Shown here in pieces: positions 42,777 through 56,185 of a stretch of DNA of 64,000 nt. Position numbers and translations under genes: made by a program. Position 1 is the stretch's first letter, and the number at the start of each line of letters is the position of its first letter. Source of the DNA: Octopus sinensis (lineage: Eukaryota); contig NW_021833047.1 of assembly GCF_006345805.1 (NCBI RefSeq), forward strand, positions 1 through 64,000, in the 5' to 3' direction. The notes beneath the pieces were generated by a model. It worked only from the letters and a program-made list of their open reading frames with translations. It was not told where the DNA came from and made no database searches.

Positions 42777-43680
42777 CAAATAGGTGTTGGTAAAAATACT
42801 AGAAACATCTTGTTAAATGAGAATTAGTATTTAATAAGAAGTTGGTCCAGATGTGGCACCAATCACAGCTTGAACCCGTCGAGGAATTGTCTCCTACAAG
42901 TGCTGAACATTGTTAGAGGAAGTTTGCGCCAGTCTTCAAGTAAAATCTGATTTACTTCTTTCAGTGACGATTGGAGGAATGCGGCTTCTCCCTTGCCGTC
43001 CCAAGATGCTGAACCATAAATCAATCTTCGGTTATATTGAGATCCTGTGATTGGCCAGGGAAGACTAATCTAAATGGTCTACTTCACTTTTGAACTCTTT
43101 TCGTACCCCTTTTGAATTACATTAACCGTGTGAATCTTTGAAGAAACGTTGTAGGAGTTTTCCCTACCATCAGGTAACAATGTTTATACCATAAAATGGA
43201 TATACTTAGATAATCTTTTTCTTTAACTCTGCAATGTAGAACAATCAGAGGGTTAAGGATTTCCGGTTATAACTGTCTAAATCTTCACAAATGTACTTCT
43301 CTAAATGCTTCCCGTTAGGGGCCAGACATTCCGGGTTGAAACATTCCTTGCTTCGTCTCCAGACATAAACTCACTCTAAAGAGAGGAAAATGGTAAATGG
43401 TGATTCGTCAGAGATGTCTATGTTCCACTGAACCATTGCCAACTTTTAATAGACTTGACATCGTTTTCTCTCCCATATCAATGTTGTAGGGGCACAGATG
43501 TTTAACATACGCAGTCCTTCTATGGTATGCAGCTTTATGGAACTCACGGCGAACGGTTGCCGTTGACACGGGGGAAGCACTCAATTGCAAACTGATCACC
43601 CTCAAGCAAGAGCTAAAGGCAGTCAGTGAGAAAACTCCGACATCAGAAGAGAACCGAAAGAAAAACAATAAATGAAAAAT
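42777..43680 (-). mobile_element. Tc1-like transposon relic
   Basis: PVSTATVRREFHKAAYHRRTAYVKHL (Tc3-type HTH) and GQSQDLNI...IPRRVQAVIGATSGPTSY* (Tc1 C-terminus). Confidence 0.75.
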
Positions 43681-43689
43681 TTAATCGGA

Positions 43690-46600
43690 AACGTGCAGCA
43701 GCGTGCAGAGATACGAGAGAAGAAGCAATAAATATCATTGAATCTCCTTTAGGGAGATGAAAATCTGAAAAATCTCCTTTTCTGGTGGAGTTTAACAAAG
43801 ATGCCCAATGAATAGAAGAAATTCGAGGTAATTACTGTCCCTGCATTACACCCAAGACACATCATTGACGATACCCTTTAATCCAGAAACTTCAGGATAG
43901 AAAAGCAACTGGAAGAGACTTGATTGTTGTATATTGGTACAAGAAGCTAACCTTCTACTGACCGTATCTAAACAATCTGTACCAAAAAGATTTGAATGAG
44001 AAAAGTATTATATCACACTGGTTAGCTCAGAGAACTACCCACATGGCAAAAAAAAAAAAAATCACCGGCCAATTGCATGCCAGGACTTAATGCATAAAAT
44101 ATGTACAGCAGGTTTAAACCTCTTCCTCCAAGACCATTGTGAAAGTAATAACATCGTCACACCAGAACAAACAGTTGGGAAGAAGGGAGTCTAGGAATGT
44201 GTCGAACAAATGATGATAAACAAATGTCAGAGGTGCGGGAGCATAGGAGGAACCTAATTTCACTGTAGCTAGACTAGAAGAAAGCCTTTCACTGTGTCCC
44301 CAACCTATAGATGCTAGAAGCCTTTCGGCTTGCTAAAGTTTCAGTGAACATTGTAAAAGCCATAGCTGACCTGACTTCATCTTAGGTCTCCATCTTGAAG
44401 CTAAATACAAGGAATGATTGTATTATAAGATACAGTATCACAGAAGTATATTCCAAGGGGATAGCCTCTCTGTGACGCTGTTTATACTCTTTGTACCCCC
44501 ACACCCGTCATTCATGCTAAGAAAATCTGAACGGTATCTCACCGGTTCACAAGGAAACAGAACTACCAAAATTACACACTGTTTTTTTTTTGTGAATGAC
44601 TTGAAACTATATGCAAAGACTATAAATGAGATGAAGAAAAGCCTTGACCTGCTTACAACATTCTCAAAGGATATGGTAATGGAGTCTGGTTAGTATAAAT
44701 GTTACTATAAGGTTGGGAAAAAAGGAAAACTGTAAACCAGAGTAGCAACATCTCCATCAATGACTTAACCGTTTCCCCTGTATCTGATAAAGAATGTTAC
44801 AGGTATCTGGTGGGGTGGATGAAAACATATTTTACGTTGGCACCTGTAACAAAACACGTGTCACTAAAATATATTACAGTCGAATAAAGAATATAAGGAT
44901 TTCAGAATTCACTGCTTTCAATAAAACAATGGTCCACAATTTGTTTACATATTCAGACCAACATGTGGGCTATTTGATTGGTTGCTTGATGAAATTCGAA
45001 CCATTGCTGTGAAAATCCCGAAGATATTAAGCAGCACAACTATTTTCTATATCAACAGCGACGTACGAGGGACGTTCAATAAGTAATGCCTCTGACCCAC
45101 TTGCAGTTGTTTGATCTAGCTGAAATTTTGCATGTGCAATCATTTATATCTCTATAGAGTAAGTGGCAAATTACAGCTGAATTAATTGTGGTTTCTGATT
45201 TACAGGTGTTTGAACCGAGTCAAGTGTGAAATGGAGCCTGTTGAGTGTCGAGCAGTGATCCGGTTTTTGTATTTGAAAGGACGCACACCACGGGAGACTT
45301 TTGGTGAAATGAAAGTAACTTATGGTGATGATGCCCCATCATATGACCTTGTAAAACGCTGGCATCGTGAATTCAAACAGGGTCGGAACTCTGTGGAAAC
45401 AGCTCCCAGATCTGGTCGCCCCCTTCTGCCATTGATGAGGCATCTGTCCGTCAAGTTGAGGCTGCCATTTTGGAAGATCGACGCATAATTATTCGCCAAA
45501 TAGCCCATGAGGTCAAGATTAGTACCGGATCTGTGGAAACTATCATTCATGACCATTTGCATATGCAAAAGGTGTCTGCCAGATGGATTCCCAGGTTGCT
45601 CACGCCTTTCCAGAAGCAAGAACGCGTCGAGTGCTCGAGGGTGAATTTGGAGATGTGCCAAGAAGATGAGTCAAAATTTTTCAAAAGACTGATTACACAG
45701 GATGAAACCTGGGTCCATCACTATGATCCAGGGACCAAAGCCCAGTCAATGCAGAGGAAGCACCGTGACTCACCCCCTCCAAAGAAGGCAAGGGTGCAGC
45801 CCTCCGCTGGCAAGGTCATGCTCACAGTCCTCTGGGACCAGGACGGAGTAGTGATGACAGATTTCCTGGCAAAGGGTACCACAATTGCAGGAGCCTATTA
45901 TGCTTCACTTTTGAGGAAATTAAGAGAAGTTATCAAAATCACGAGGCGGGGCAAGATCAGCAAAGGCATCCTCCTCCTGCAGGACAACGCTCCGGTCCAC
46001 AACTCGCTTGTCGCCAGATCAGAAGCACAGGCGTATGGCTATGAACTCCTCTCCATCCCCCTACTTTCCTGACCTTGCACCCTCTGATTTTCACCTCTTC
46101 CCAATCATGAAGTTGTTTTTGAAAGGAAAGCGTTTCCCAGATGATGCAGCCTTGATTTCTGAAGTCACGTTGAGGTTGGAGGACCAAGCTGGGTTCTTCT
46201 ACAAAAACGGTCTCCAGAGCCGCATCAAACGATGGGAGAAATGCGTAACTCTGGGTGGTTCCTATGTAGAAAAAGACTAATAACTGTGCCAAGTTTCGTT
46301 GCCCTACTGCTATGGGAAGTGGGTCAGGGGCATTACTTATTGAACGCCCCTCGTAGGTCACCTCTACCTAAAATGAAAACAAGGTTGAACACGCTTAACA
46401 TCGATCCAGACTGCCTTTGAATGTCGTATTAAAATCCTTTCAGCAACATTTTTTAACCACCAAGTGTTGAAGTGCATCACTTGACCAAATTTGCATACAC
46501 GAGACAGATAACACTGTTCAAAGATGTCGCACGACTCTAACGCAACATATCATCAAATGAAAGGATGCGCGTATATCAGCAGAAGATCATGCATGGATAA

Positions 46601-47320
46601 GTTTGAAGAAAGCACCGGGATGATTGTAACATTGATCATAAAAGCAATCTACCATGGACCAACGACCGGACTGCAAACTCTCACACTGACCGCTATGCTT
46701 TTGCAATTCAAGAATAGGAAGTATCAGTCAAATGCTTGATGCACAAAAGGTTCAAAGACGCTGGTAAAATACCAAAATATGATAAACGATGCAGACTTTC
46801 TGGAGTTAACACCATGCTGTCACCCACATCATAAGCAGTTGTTCGAAAACGTCATCGCAGTATTATCAACCGATGTGATATGATGTGACTAAGACACTGT
46901 ATAACAAAATCCGTCGGAAGGATAACCCTGAGCCCAAAGAAATAAGAATCCACATTTTCGTAGAGGACATAGCCACTCATAATAAGAAGGAGTACTGATG
47001 GAATGTCCCAGTGAAAAGCCTCAATAAAATTTAAGCATAATAAGACTGACATAGTGATGGAAAAGGGAAACTGTGTGCAGTTGTGGAAATTAGCTGTTCA
47101 GCGGATGTTAACATAAAGATCAGCGAAAAAGAGAATACCTACGCTGAATTATTGAGAAATATACTGTTACTCTACCCCGATTACAAGTTCAGGGTTATAT
47201 CTCTAATTATTGCGGTACTGGAATATATAACACGTTGCCTAAGTACCATTCATGAGAAATTGGGCTTCTCGAAACCAGGAAGGGAAAAGTTGATTCGAAG
47301 ACTTTGAATCTAGGTTAAAA
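43690..47320 (+). mobile_element. Old R4-type RLE LINE relic split by the mariner at 45066-46353
   Basis: IFQGDSLSVTLF and VNDLKLYAKT before the mariner; INSDVGHLYL spans the empty site; RLE-like ISCSADVNI...KENTY after it. Confidence 0.68.
45066..46353 (+). mobile_element. Full-length (1288 bp) mariner, D,D34D transposase with two frameshifts (ATG 45231, stop 46280)
   Basis: TA-flanked TIRs CGAGGGACGTTCAATAAGTAATGCC / GGCATTACTTATTGAACGCCCCTCG; motifs WIPRLL, ITQDETW, QDNAPVH, YFPDLAPSDFHLF. Confidence 0.95.
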
Positions 47321-47414
47321 ATCGGGTCTTTCTCTATTGGCAAGAAATCTCGAAATGAAACTGAATAAGGACCTACATAATATACGCACTCGTATATTAA
47401 CATTTATGCAGGTT

Positions 47415-47870
47415 TTTTTTTTTACTTGTTTCAGTGATTAGACTGCGGCTATGCTGGAGCAGCTTGAATAATTTTCAGTCGAGCAAATCAACCCCAGTAT
47501 TTATTTTTTGAAACTTGGTACTTATTTTATCGGACACTTTTGCTGAACCCCTAGGTTACAGGGACGCAAACACACCAATACCGGTTGCCAAGAGGTAGTG
47601 GGAGACAAATACAGACGCAAGCACGCATGCACAAATGTGCGCACGCACAAACACATACACACGTACACACACACACACACCACACACACACACACCACAC
47701 ACACACACACACACCACACACACACATATATATATGCACACACACCAAATCTTCTCACAAAGCTTTTGTCTGCCAGAGACAATAGCAGAAGACAGCTGCC
47801 TCGGTGCCACGCAGTGGGATTGAACCCGGTACCGTGTTGTTGCAAAGCATATACACGAATGAGTGGATAA
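47415..47870 (-). mobile_element. Octopus-type SINE with internal (CA)n
   Basis: gcctcggtgccacgcagtgggattgaacccgg (B-box-like) and ggtacttattttatcgg...gtagtgggagacaaatacagac body. Confidence 0.7.
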
Positions 47871-47976
47871 ACGAAGAAAGAGTTTGATTGAGTTCGTTGC
47901 TATTTCAAGTTTCGAAGGCCCATAACAAGATCCCAACTCTTCTAGAATACCGATTCGGCATATGTACACATACGGG

Positions 47977-48290
47977 AAGGTGCGTGGCTTAATGGCCAAA
48001 GTATTCAACACATTCCACTCAAGATCTGAAAGTCCTGAGATCGCTTCTCAGTGATGGCTTTTGCCGTCGAGAAGAACACTATTTCTCGTTGCTCCGGTCC
48101 ACTCAACTGGCAAAAACGAGTTTTCCAAAGGCCCAGCCTGGTAACGTTCGTTGTGTCACTCTGAATTTCCCAGGGAACCAAGTTAAGTTGTACGTGTGAC
48201 AGTGAAGTGCTCAATCACATGCTCTTTAATTTCAAAAGTACGCTGTTCTGTTGATCGGATCAACTGGAACACTCCTTGTAACCGACAGAG
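47977..48290 (+). mobile_element. tRNA-derived SINE (degenerate)
   Basis: aaggtgcgtggcttaatggcc...gaacactatttctcgttgctccggtccactcaactggcaaaa; resembles 36640-36830. Confidence 0.55.
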
Positions 48291-48339
48291 AGCCAAGGCA
48301 TATATGCACATATATGCATATATATACGTACAGAGAGAG

Positions 48340-48392
<53 letters not shown>

Positions 48393-48499
48393 CACACGCA
48401 CATACACATGCGTATACATACATATAATTCTTTGTTTTATAACAATGAAGAGTTACATTATCACTTTTCTGATAACATTGTGAGTTTTCTCTTGTAAAT

Positions 48500-49340
48500 C
48501 AATTTTTGTGAACCCATGCATAGATCAAAAATTTGTGTTGTTTATGAATATGAGTTCAGTCGTGGAACCAATGCATTCCAGGCAGCTCGAAGCATCAACG
48601 AGGTGTTTGGTGAAGATGTGGCGAATGAGCGCACTGTACAGCAGTGGTTTAAGAAGTTCCGGTCTGGTGACTCTTGAAAATCAGCCCCGAGGTAGACCTG
48701 AGACCAAGGTGGATAATGATGAACTGGAAACTGTAGTGGAAGCGGATACATTTCAAACTACGCGTGTTTTAGCAGCAAGGTTTGATGTTTCGATTCCAAC
48801 TGTTTTGTACCATCTGAAACAAATCGGCTGGATAAAGAATCTGGACAAGTAGGTACTACACAGACTGAACGAACATCAAATGACACGTCGCATTGAAACT
48901 TGTTCTTTACTATCACAACATAAAAGTGAACCATTTTTGCATCGTGTTGCTAACTGTGAGGAAAAATGGATTCTTTTCAACAGTAGCAAGCGTTCTGCAC
49001 GGTGGTTGGATAGAGACGAAATGCCAAAACATAATCCAAAAAAGAATATTTATCAAAAATATTTAATGGTCTGTTTGGTGGACCAGCGCTGGTATCACCC
49101 ACTACAGATTCATGAGACCTGGTAAGTCAATTACAGCGGATGTATACATCAACTAGTTGGATGAAATGATGAGTGAACTTGCAATTAAACAACTGAGATT
49201 GGTCAACAGAGACAGGCCAATTCTCTTGCAATACCATGTTCGACCACATGTTGCAGAAAGAACGCTATTCAAGTTACAGGAACTGAAGTAGGAAGTACTC
49301 TGTCATCCACCATATTCATCAGATCTTGCATCACACAGGT
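48500..49340 (+). mobile_element. Mos1/Hsmar1-like mariner relic
   Basis: YEYEFSRGTNA..AARSINEVFG..ANERTVQQWFKKFRSG, ENQPRGRP, FLHRVANCEEKWILF. Confidence 0.82.
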
Positions 49341-49489
49341 GGAAATATAGCAAAAATAGAAGTTAAAAATGCGCCACTGAGAATAGTTAAAATATATTCT
49401 TATTATATTTAAAGATTTAACCGGTTTCACCACTGATTTTCAAGAAGTTGAAATAGAAATATGAGGTTTATGTCGCGCTTGTCTCGGTT

Positions 49490-52400
49490 TTGATGCTGTG
49501 ATGAAACCACCACTCTCCACTTTGCCACTGGTCGGAATGTTTTCGTCTCGCCGTGTTTTGCAAACGCTTCAGAACCACCAAGCAAAAATATCTGGTTAAC
49601 AGTTTGTCCAGGAGGAACAAATTCTGTGTGGACAATTCTTTTCGAATCGGTCAAACAAATCATTATCGTCTTGAATTTGGACTCCACTTGACTCATTTTG
49701 GGGGTGGGGCGTGGTGATATCGAATGCTTCCATCGAATTGATTGCTGTATCATTTCCGGGTTGTGGCTATAGCACCAGCTTTCGTCACTAGTGAGGGCCT
49801 TCAAAAAAATTAAAAAAATAAAAATAAGAATGTATCCGGGCAGATATATCCGGTACAACAATCATAATAACAGCAAATATCCAGGGTCTTTATCCGAAAA
49901 CAAAACAGTGTAAAGTCCCTTTCTTGGAAGAATTAGCAACAGAAAACAACTCCAAAATAATTGGAATTACTGAAAGTCATCTCCACGAAAACATCCGCAA
50001 CAGCGAAATCACAATCAATAGATTCAACATCTTCAGATGTGATAGACAAGGCAGATCCCATGGGGGCGTTATCATGTATATCCATGATACCTATGCATGC
50101 ATAGAACTTGTCAATGAATCAAATGCCTACTGCAACCTGCTGTGCATAAAAATCATCCAACTTAATACAGTTGTAACAATAATGTACAGACCGCCAAACA
50201 GCCCAACATTATCCTTCACTGAGCCACTGACGAAGCTCCAACAAATTCTGGGAAACATGGTAAGTCCAATGCCAGACATTATCCTCCTTGGTGACTTCAA
50301 CTTCCCTAACATCATCTGGCCACATGGACACATACTAAAACTGGGGACAAAAGCTGAACAAATACAGGCAGCCAAACTGTTGGAAGTCACAGAGAAATTA
50401 TACCTCAAACAAATGATGACAGAAGCAACAAGAAATAATAATACGATCGACTTGGTTTTCACCAACAACGAGGACACGCTATTTGACCTTCACTCAACCC
50501 CAACAATCCTTTCAGACCACAATATTATTGAAATGCATTTACACATTGGTAATGAGCCCAATGCCACAACTCTTAAACAAAAGGACATGCCAAAGCTATG
50601 CAGGTATGATTATCACCAGGCAAATTGGGAAACTATTAACAACCAGTTACAAATCATTGACTGGGATCTCTACCTTACTGGGCCAGATAAACACAAGAAA
50701 TTCTTAAACAAGATCGAAGAAATATGTGAAAAAAATGTTCCTCTAAAGAAAACCAAGTCCACAAAAAAACCTGTACCACGGGAGCGAAAGATCCTGATGC
50801 GCAAAAGGTCAAGACTAAGAAACAAAACATCTAAGCTGACATCAAAACATGAATTACAGAAAGTCCTTGACCAATATACAGATTAGAAGACAATCTAAAA
50901 CAACACTATGATGAAGAATGTAACAATGCAGAAAAGAGAGCCATAGAAAACATCAAGAAAAATCCAAAATGTTTCTACAGTTTTGCAAAGAAATACTCGA
51001 ACACCAAGTCAACAATAGGACCTCTCCAGAGACAAAATGGGGATGTAGTGAATAACCCTATTGAAATGGCAGAAATGTTGGGTCAACAGTATGAAAGTGT
51101 CTTCAGTGAGCCATCTAAAACCATGAAGATCCATGACCAGGAAAATTCTTCAAGGATATCGACCATACTAAACCTACCCTATCCGACATTGATTTCAACC
51201 CAGAAGACATAGCAAGAGCCATAGACAAGCTCTCCATGCACTCGGCTGCGGGGCCTGACGGTTTCAATGCCATGATACTTAAAAACTGCAAGGTACAATT
51301 GTCGAAACCCCTTTACATGATATGGAGGGAATCTATGGAGAATGGCAAAATACCAAATACATATAAAGAAGCACACATAACTCCAATACATAAAGGGGAC
51401 AGCAAATCAAAACCAAAGAACTACCGACCAATCTCACTGACATCACACATTATCAAGGTCTTCGAAAGAATAGTTCGTGGAAAACTGGTTGAGTTCCTGG
51501 AATTCAACAATCTGATGAATTGCAACCAGCATGGATTCAGGTTAGGTAGATCATGCCTAAGCTAGGAGTAGGAGGAAAAGTTGGTACATGGATACATGAG
51601 TTCCTTACAAATAGAACTCAAACAGTCACTGTGAATGGAACCCATTCAACACCATCACCTGTGACCAGCAGTGTTCCTCAGGGTACAGTACTCGGCCCAA
51701 TCCTGTTTCTCATCCTCATCTCTGACATAGATGAAGATACAACCAGCAACGTCTCATCCTTTGCTGATGACACCAGGGTCATGAGACAAATCAAAGACGA
51801 GGTGGATACAGAGGCCTTACAAAAGGACCTGACCACCATATATAAATGGCAGGAAACAAACAACATGTTGTTCAATGATAAGAAGTTTGAACTAATTCGC
51901 TACGGAACAGATCAAGATCTGAAAAATACAACAAACTACAGAAACCCATCAGGACAACAAATAATGGAAAAACAGTATGTGAAAGATTTAGGCATCTACA
52001 TGGGAACCAACCTAAAATTCAGAGAACACCTTGACTCAGTCTGTCTTACTGCAAGAAAGTACAGCGGGTGGATCTTGCGCACCTTCAAATCAAGAGATAC
52101 CTCAACAATGAAAACCCTCTGGAACAGTATGATACTTCCGAGGATTGACTACTGTTCTCAGTTGTGGTCACCAACAACAAAGGGCCAACTATCTAAGATA
52201 GAATCGCTCCAAAGAAATTTTACCTCATACTTCTCAGAAACGAGGGACCTGGACTATTGGCAAAGACTCAAAACCTTGAGGATGTACTCAATAGAAAGAA
52301 GATTTGAGCGATACCGAATTATATACATTATATACATTTGGAAAATGATAGAGCAGAAGGTGCCAAACTTTGGTATCACTGCGCCACCGAAGACGCTGCC

Positions 52401-53347
52401 AGCTGCCACCAATCAACAAAAAGGCTGGCCAGGCAGCAAAAACCCTGCGAGAATCAAGTCTGTTGGTTCGAGGAGCACAACTGTTCAACTCCATTCCGGT
52501 ACATGTCAGAAATCTATCAGGATGCAGTGTGGAATCATTCAAATTGCAACTGGATAGATACTTAAGCACCATTAGAGATGAACCCCATCTCCCAGGATAT
52601 ACACAACGAGCACAAACTGACTCAAACTCGCTCCTACACATGTCAAAATTAAGCAGAGAATACAACCTGGCAACCACACCAGACTCTGAGGGTGGAGTCT
52701 TCGACTTGGCCTGAGCATGGACTCAAACCCAAACGAAATGAAATGAAATGAAGAAAAAAAAGAAAGGTTCGGATCAAATTCCAACTCATCTTTCATTTCA
52801 CGAAACGCATTTATTCGTGACTGTTTTTGAACTTTCGTGTGCAAGTGAGGCACAAATTTTGCTGTAACTCTTCATTCGCAATTCCTCGCTCAAAATTCAC
52901 TGGAAGAAGTTCCAGGACACACCAGTTATATCAACACGTTCGTCAAGTGTTCGGTGACGGTCCTCCAAGATCAGTTCATGAAAGTTCGTGATGTTTTCCT
53001 AAAGCGTGAAAACCACTCGTAAACTTGTATTTTGCTCCTCATGGCAGAATCCTTGTAAGCTGTTTGAAGCATAACAACTGTTTCGGCTGCCGTTTTCCAA
53101 GCAGAAAAAAAACAGAATTTTACGGAAGCACGCTGTCCCTTCGTTTCATCCATCGCAATAATCTACGAACAGGGGAAAGCACCGCAAATCAAAGACGTGC
53201 CACGTGACAGTACGACTCCTGACGATGACGCTAGCCGGCACACTGATACCCGAGGGACGCATCAAGTGGCTTCTACTGGCGGAAGCTTAAACTACAACGG
53301 GTTTGTCCCGCAGAGAACGTTTCCGGTTACTTTTCGGTACCCCTTCG
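49490..53347 (-). mobile_element. mariner (same insertion as 8055-9158), split into 49490-49808 and 52760-53347 by a CR1-like LINE
   Basis: DPNLFLKALTSDESWCYSH is reconstituted across the LINE; the left TIR and the flank ttggtgttgacaaata are shared with 9130-9176. Confidence 0.85.
49810..52755 (+). mobile_element. CR1/L2/Jockey-group LINE (APE plus RT), 5'-truncated, (GAAAT)n tail
   Basis: ORF 49924..50886 (IIGITESHL, GGVIMY, LLGDFNFP, IDLVFTN, SDHNII); RT GPDG, YRPISLTS, VPQGTVLGPILF, FADD; C-terminal FNSIP...FKLQLDRYL. Confidence 0.92.
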
Positions 53348-55573
53348 TATTGGTGTTGACAAATAGTTATGTGTCTCCTAATATTATGATGGTGCTTCTC
53401 TCATGAGCGGAGAAATCGCTGGTGTTCAAGCGAGATTGCATGTCACAGCCCCATCTGCAACTTGTGTCAGCATCCACCAACTGAATCTGACTGGGGTTTA
53501 CTTCTTAACAAAAACCTAAAGGCTATCGGGTAATCTTTCGTCATATAGCTGCAACTTTACCTGTTTATGGATCGATTCAGAGTTTATCTATCGATTCAGA
53601 GGGTTTACAGGGAAAAAAACAGGAGAACATCCAGTAGATCTTATCCAATATAGGATGGATCAGTCAGCAGGTACCGTGCTATGCTGTTCATTATGAATTT
53701 TCATTTATTATAAACGTTCTCTCTCATTTCAGTGGGTTTATCAAATCATAGGAGAGGCAAATTAAAGACAAGTGCTTCCATTACGTTTGTCTATGAAAGT
53801 TTACGTTTTCGTCTTCTCTAAACAAGTTTTAATACGAATCAAGTCTTTAGCAAAGATATTACAAATTTTCACTCCTGTGACTACAGAAACAGAACTGATA
53901 TCCATATGCATTGAACTTCTTGATGTCCAACGAAACTAACCTTTTCTGGCCACCAATTAAATAACAGATCAGGGAAGTTATTAAGGTCAACCAGCAGACT
54001 CGAGAGAAGCCTAATCTGCAAGGCAATCTTAGCATTTGGAGGTCTCAGCGGCTAGTGTGAGCGGCTGAAAATTCAAACCACAATTCCTATATTGAACCAG
54101 GTTTGCTTAGAGTTCCGACACCGATTTTCGGCTAGAATGGTGATATCATGATGAACCATTCTTATCTTAATCCCTAAATTCCCAGATTCTGAATATTGTT
54201 TGTCTCAGATTCATAGCAGACGCATTTCAACTCAATTTGGACACCTTGAACACAGTATGCCACTGTGCAAACAGTCTCATTGTGTGGATTCATCATAACT
54301 TATAGCAGATACTGCTAACTTTTTATCTATTTTTGACTTTTCAATCACATTGAGAAGTTGACTTTAAATTTGATCTATTAATTTAAGACTGAAATTATTA
54401 TCTATGTAAAATCTTTGCCCGTATTTTTTTTAAAACTAAAACTGTCATTGCTCCAGAACATTAATCCTCTAAAATTCGATCTCTGATCATATTTCCTTTA
54501 TACAAATATTCAAACGAATTATTAACCGTATCGATTTCACCAATCCACAAAGGCTTGAAAACATCACGTCGATCCTACTCCCGTCTCCCCTCTTCACCAA
54601 ACTATAAACAAAGAATCCAATATTAATCTAAAACTTAACTAATGAAAACAAAAGGAACATTTTTACGACATGTATGGTCAATATTGCAATTTATGTTTTT
54701 CACACCGAAAACTATTTCAACCTTTCGATAACCTGAAAGAAATTGTTGAGCTGCTGAGTTTCTGAGCGAATGTCTATTAAATTTCGTTTTTCGTATAACT
54801 GATTTCCTATTTTCGTTTTAACTGTACTTCACCCTGCAATAAGCTGCAATAAGTTGCTGAGGGCAAAATATCGCCCAAAGAGAACATAAAATTCTTATTT
54901 TAATTTCACTCTATAATCCTTGATAAAGACAGTTTAGATCAGCCAGCGTAAATAGTTTCTGAGAGACCAGAGGTAAAACTCAAATTAACAATCATGTTAC
55001 CTAATATTTTTGGTGCTTTCTTACATTGGAATAGATGTACAATAATTCCCGTAAACTGTTTACCATATTCTTCAGAAAAGTTTTCGCTGTTGCTTTCCTC
55101 AATTGTTTTTTTCTCTCTTTTTTTTTTTTAGTTTGAATAACAAATCATTTCAATTTTTAAGAGAAATCAATCGAATGCAATTATTTTATTTCATATATTA
55201 TTTAGATGATGGGTAAGAAGCGTTAAAGATTCGGTTGACTGCTTCTGGTATTTAGTTAAGACCTGTTACGTTTTGAGATCAAATGTTGTCCAAGTTAATT
55301 TAGTATTTAATTCTTTAAAGGTCGATAAAATAATGCCCCAGTGCTCTATTGGTACTCAGGTAAATTCAATAATCTTATAAACCTTAAAACGAAAAATATT
55401 AGCAACAAATATAAATTAACAAAATATTTATCTGAATTAAATTGACTTTATTGATAAAGAAACACACATTTTATCTTATATTTATAGATATAGATAATTA
55501 TTATTTGATCCTTTGAAGTCTTGCTCACATTTCATTGAGATGTAAATAATTTTCAAGTAAATTCCATTAAAGT

Positions 55574-55764
55574 TCAGACCAGTTTCTTTAGTAGGCACTT
55601 AGTGTTAGTATATGAAAAGGCGGTACATGTAGAAGATACCATACATAAACGTGAACAACCCAAGACCGAGCGAGCAACCATTTGGGCCTCGGTTATAAGG
55701 TTGTGATATGGATTTGGTTTGAAGGAAAAAGTTGAATAAGCCGTCAAATCATTAATTTCTTTTT
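55574..55764 (-). CDS. Paralogous terminal PAN exon (intact, 191 nt)
   Basis: ttattgcag|; KEINDLTAYSTFSFKPNPYHNLITEAQMVARSVLGCSRLCMVSSTCTAFSYTNTKCLLKKLV*. Confidence 0.75.
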
Positions 55765-56185
55765 CTGCAATAAAAAAAGAAAGAGAAATCACAAGAATAT
55801 AACTATATAAATGAAATTATTTCTCTTCATTGACAATGTACAAGGCAAACAAATAGATAGGGCCTATTGATTCGATAGATCGATGTTATTAATGTTCCGT
55901 TTGGACATCTTTAGGTTAGTGTGAGTAGGGAGTGAGTTCCTGAGTGTTGCATAATCTAGAAAGGAAGGATTAGGAATAATAATTGATGGGAGATCTGGCT
56001 GGTGAAATAGCATGTGTGACTGGAGAGTGAGAAGGGGCTTGTGGCTGGTTATCTCGGTGGTAGAGTGGTTCTCGTATTACCAGCGAGATGCATTAAGGTA
56101 TTTCCGAGCAAGTTAGTAATGAAGCGTGTTGTGCTATTTAATGACAGTTAGGATTAATATTAACCTATCTACCAGATTTTAAATG

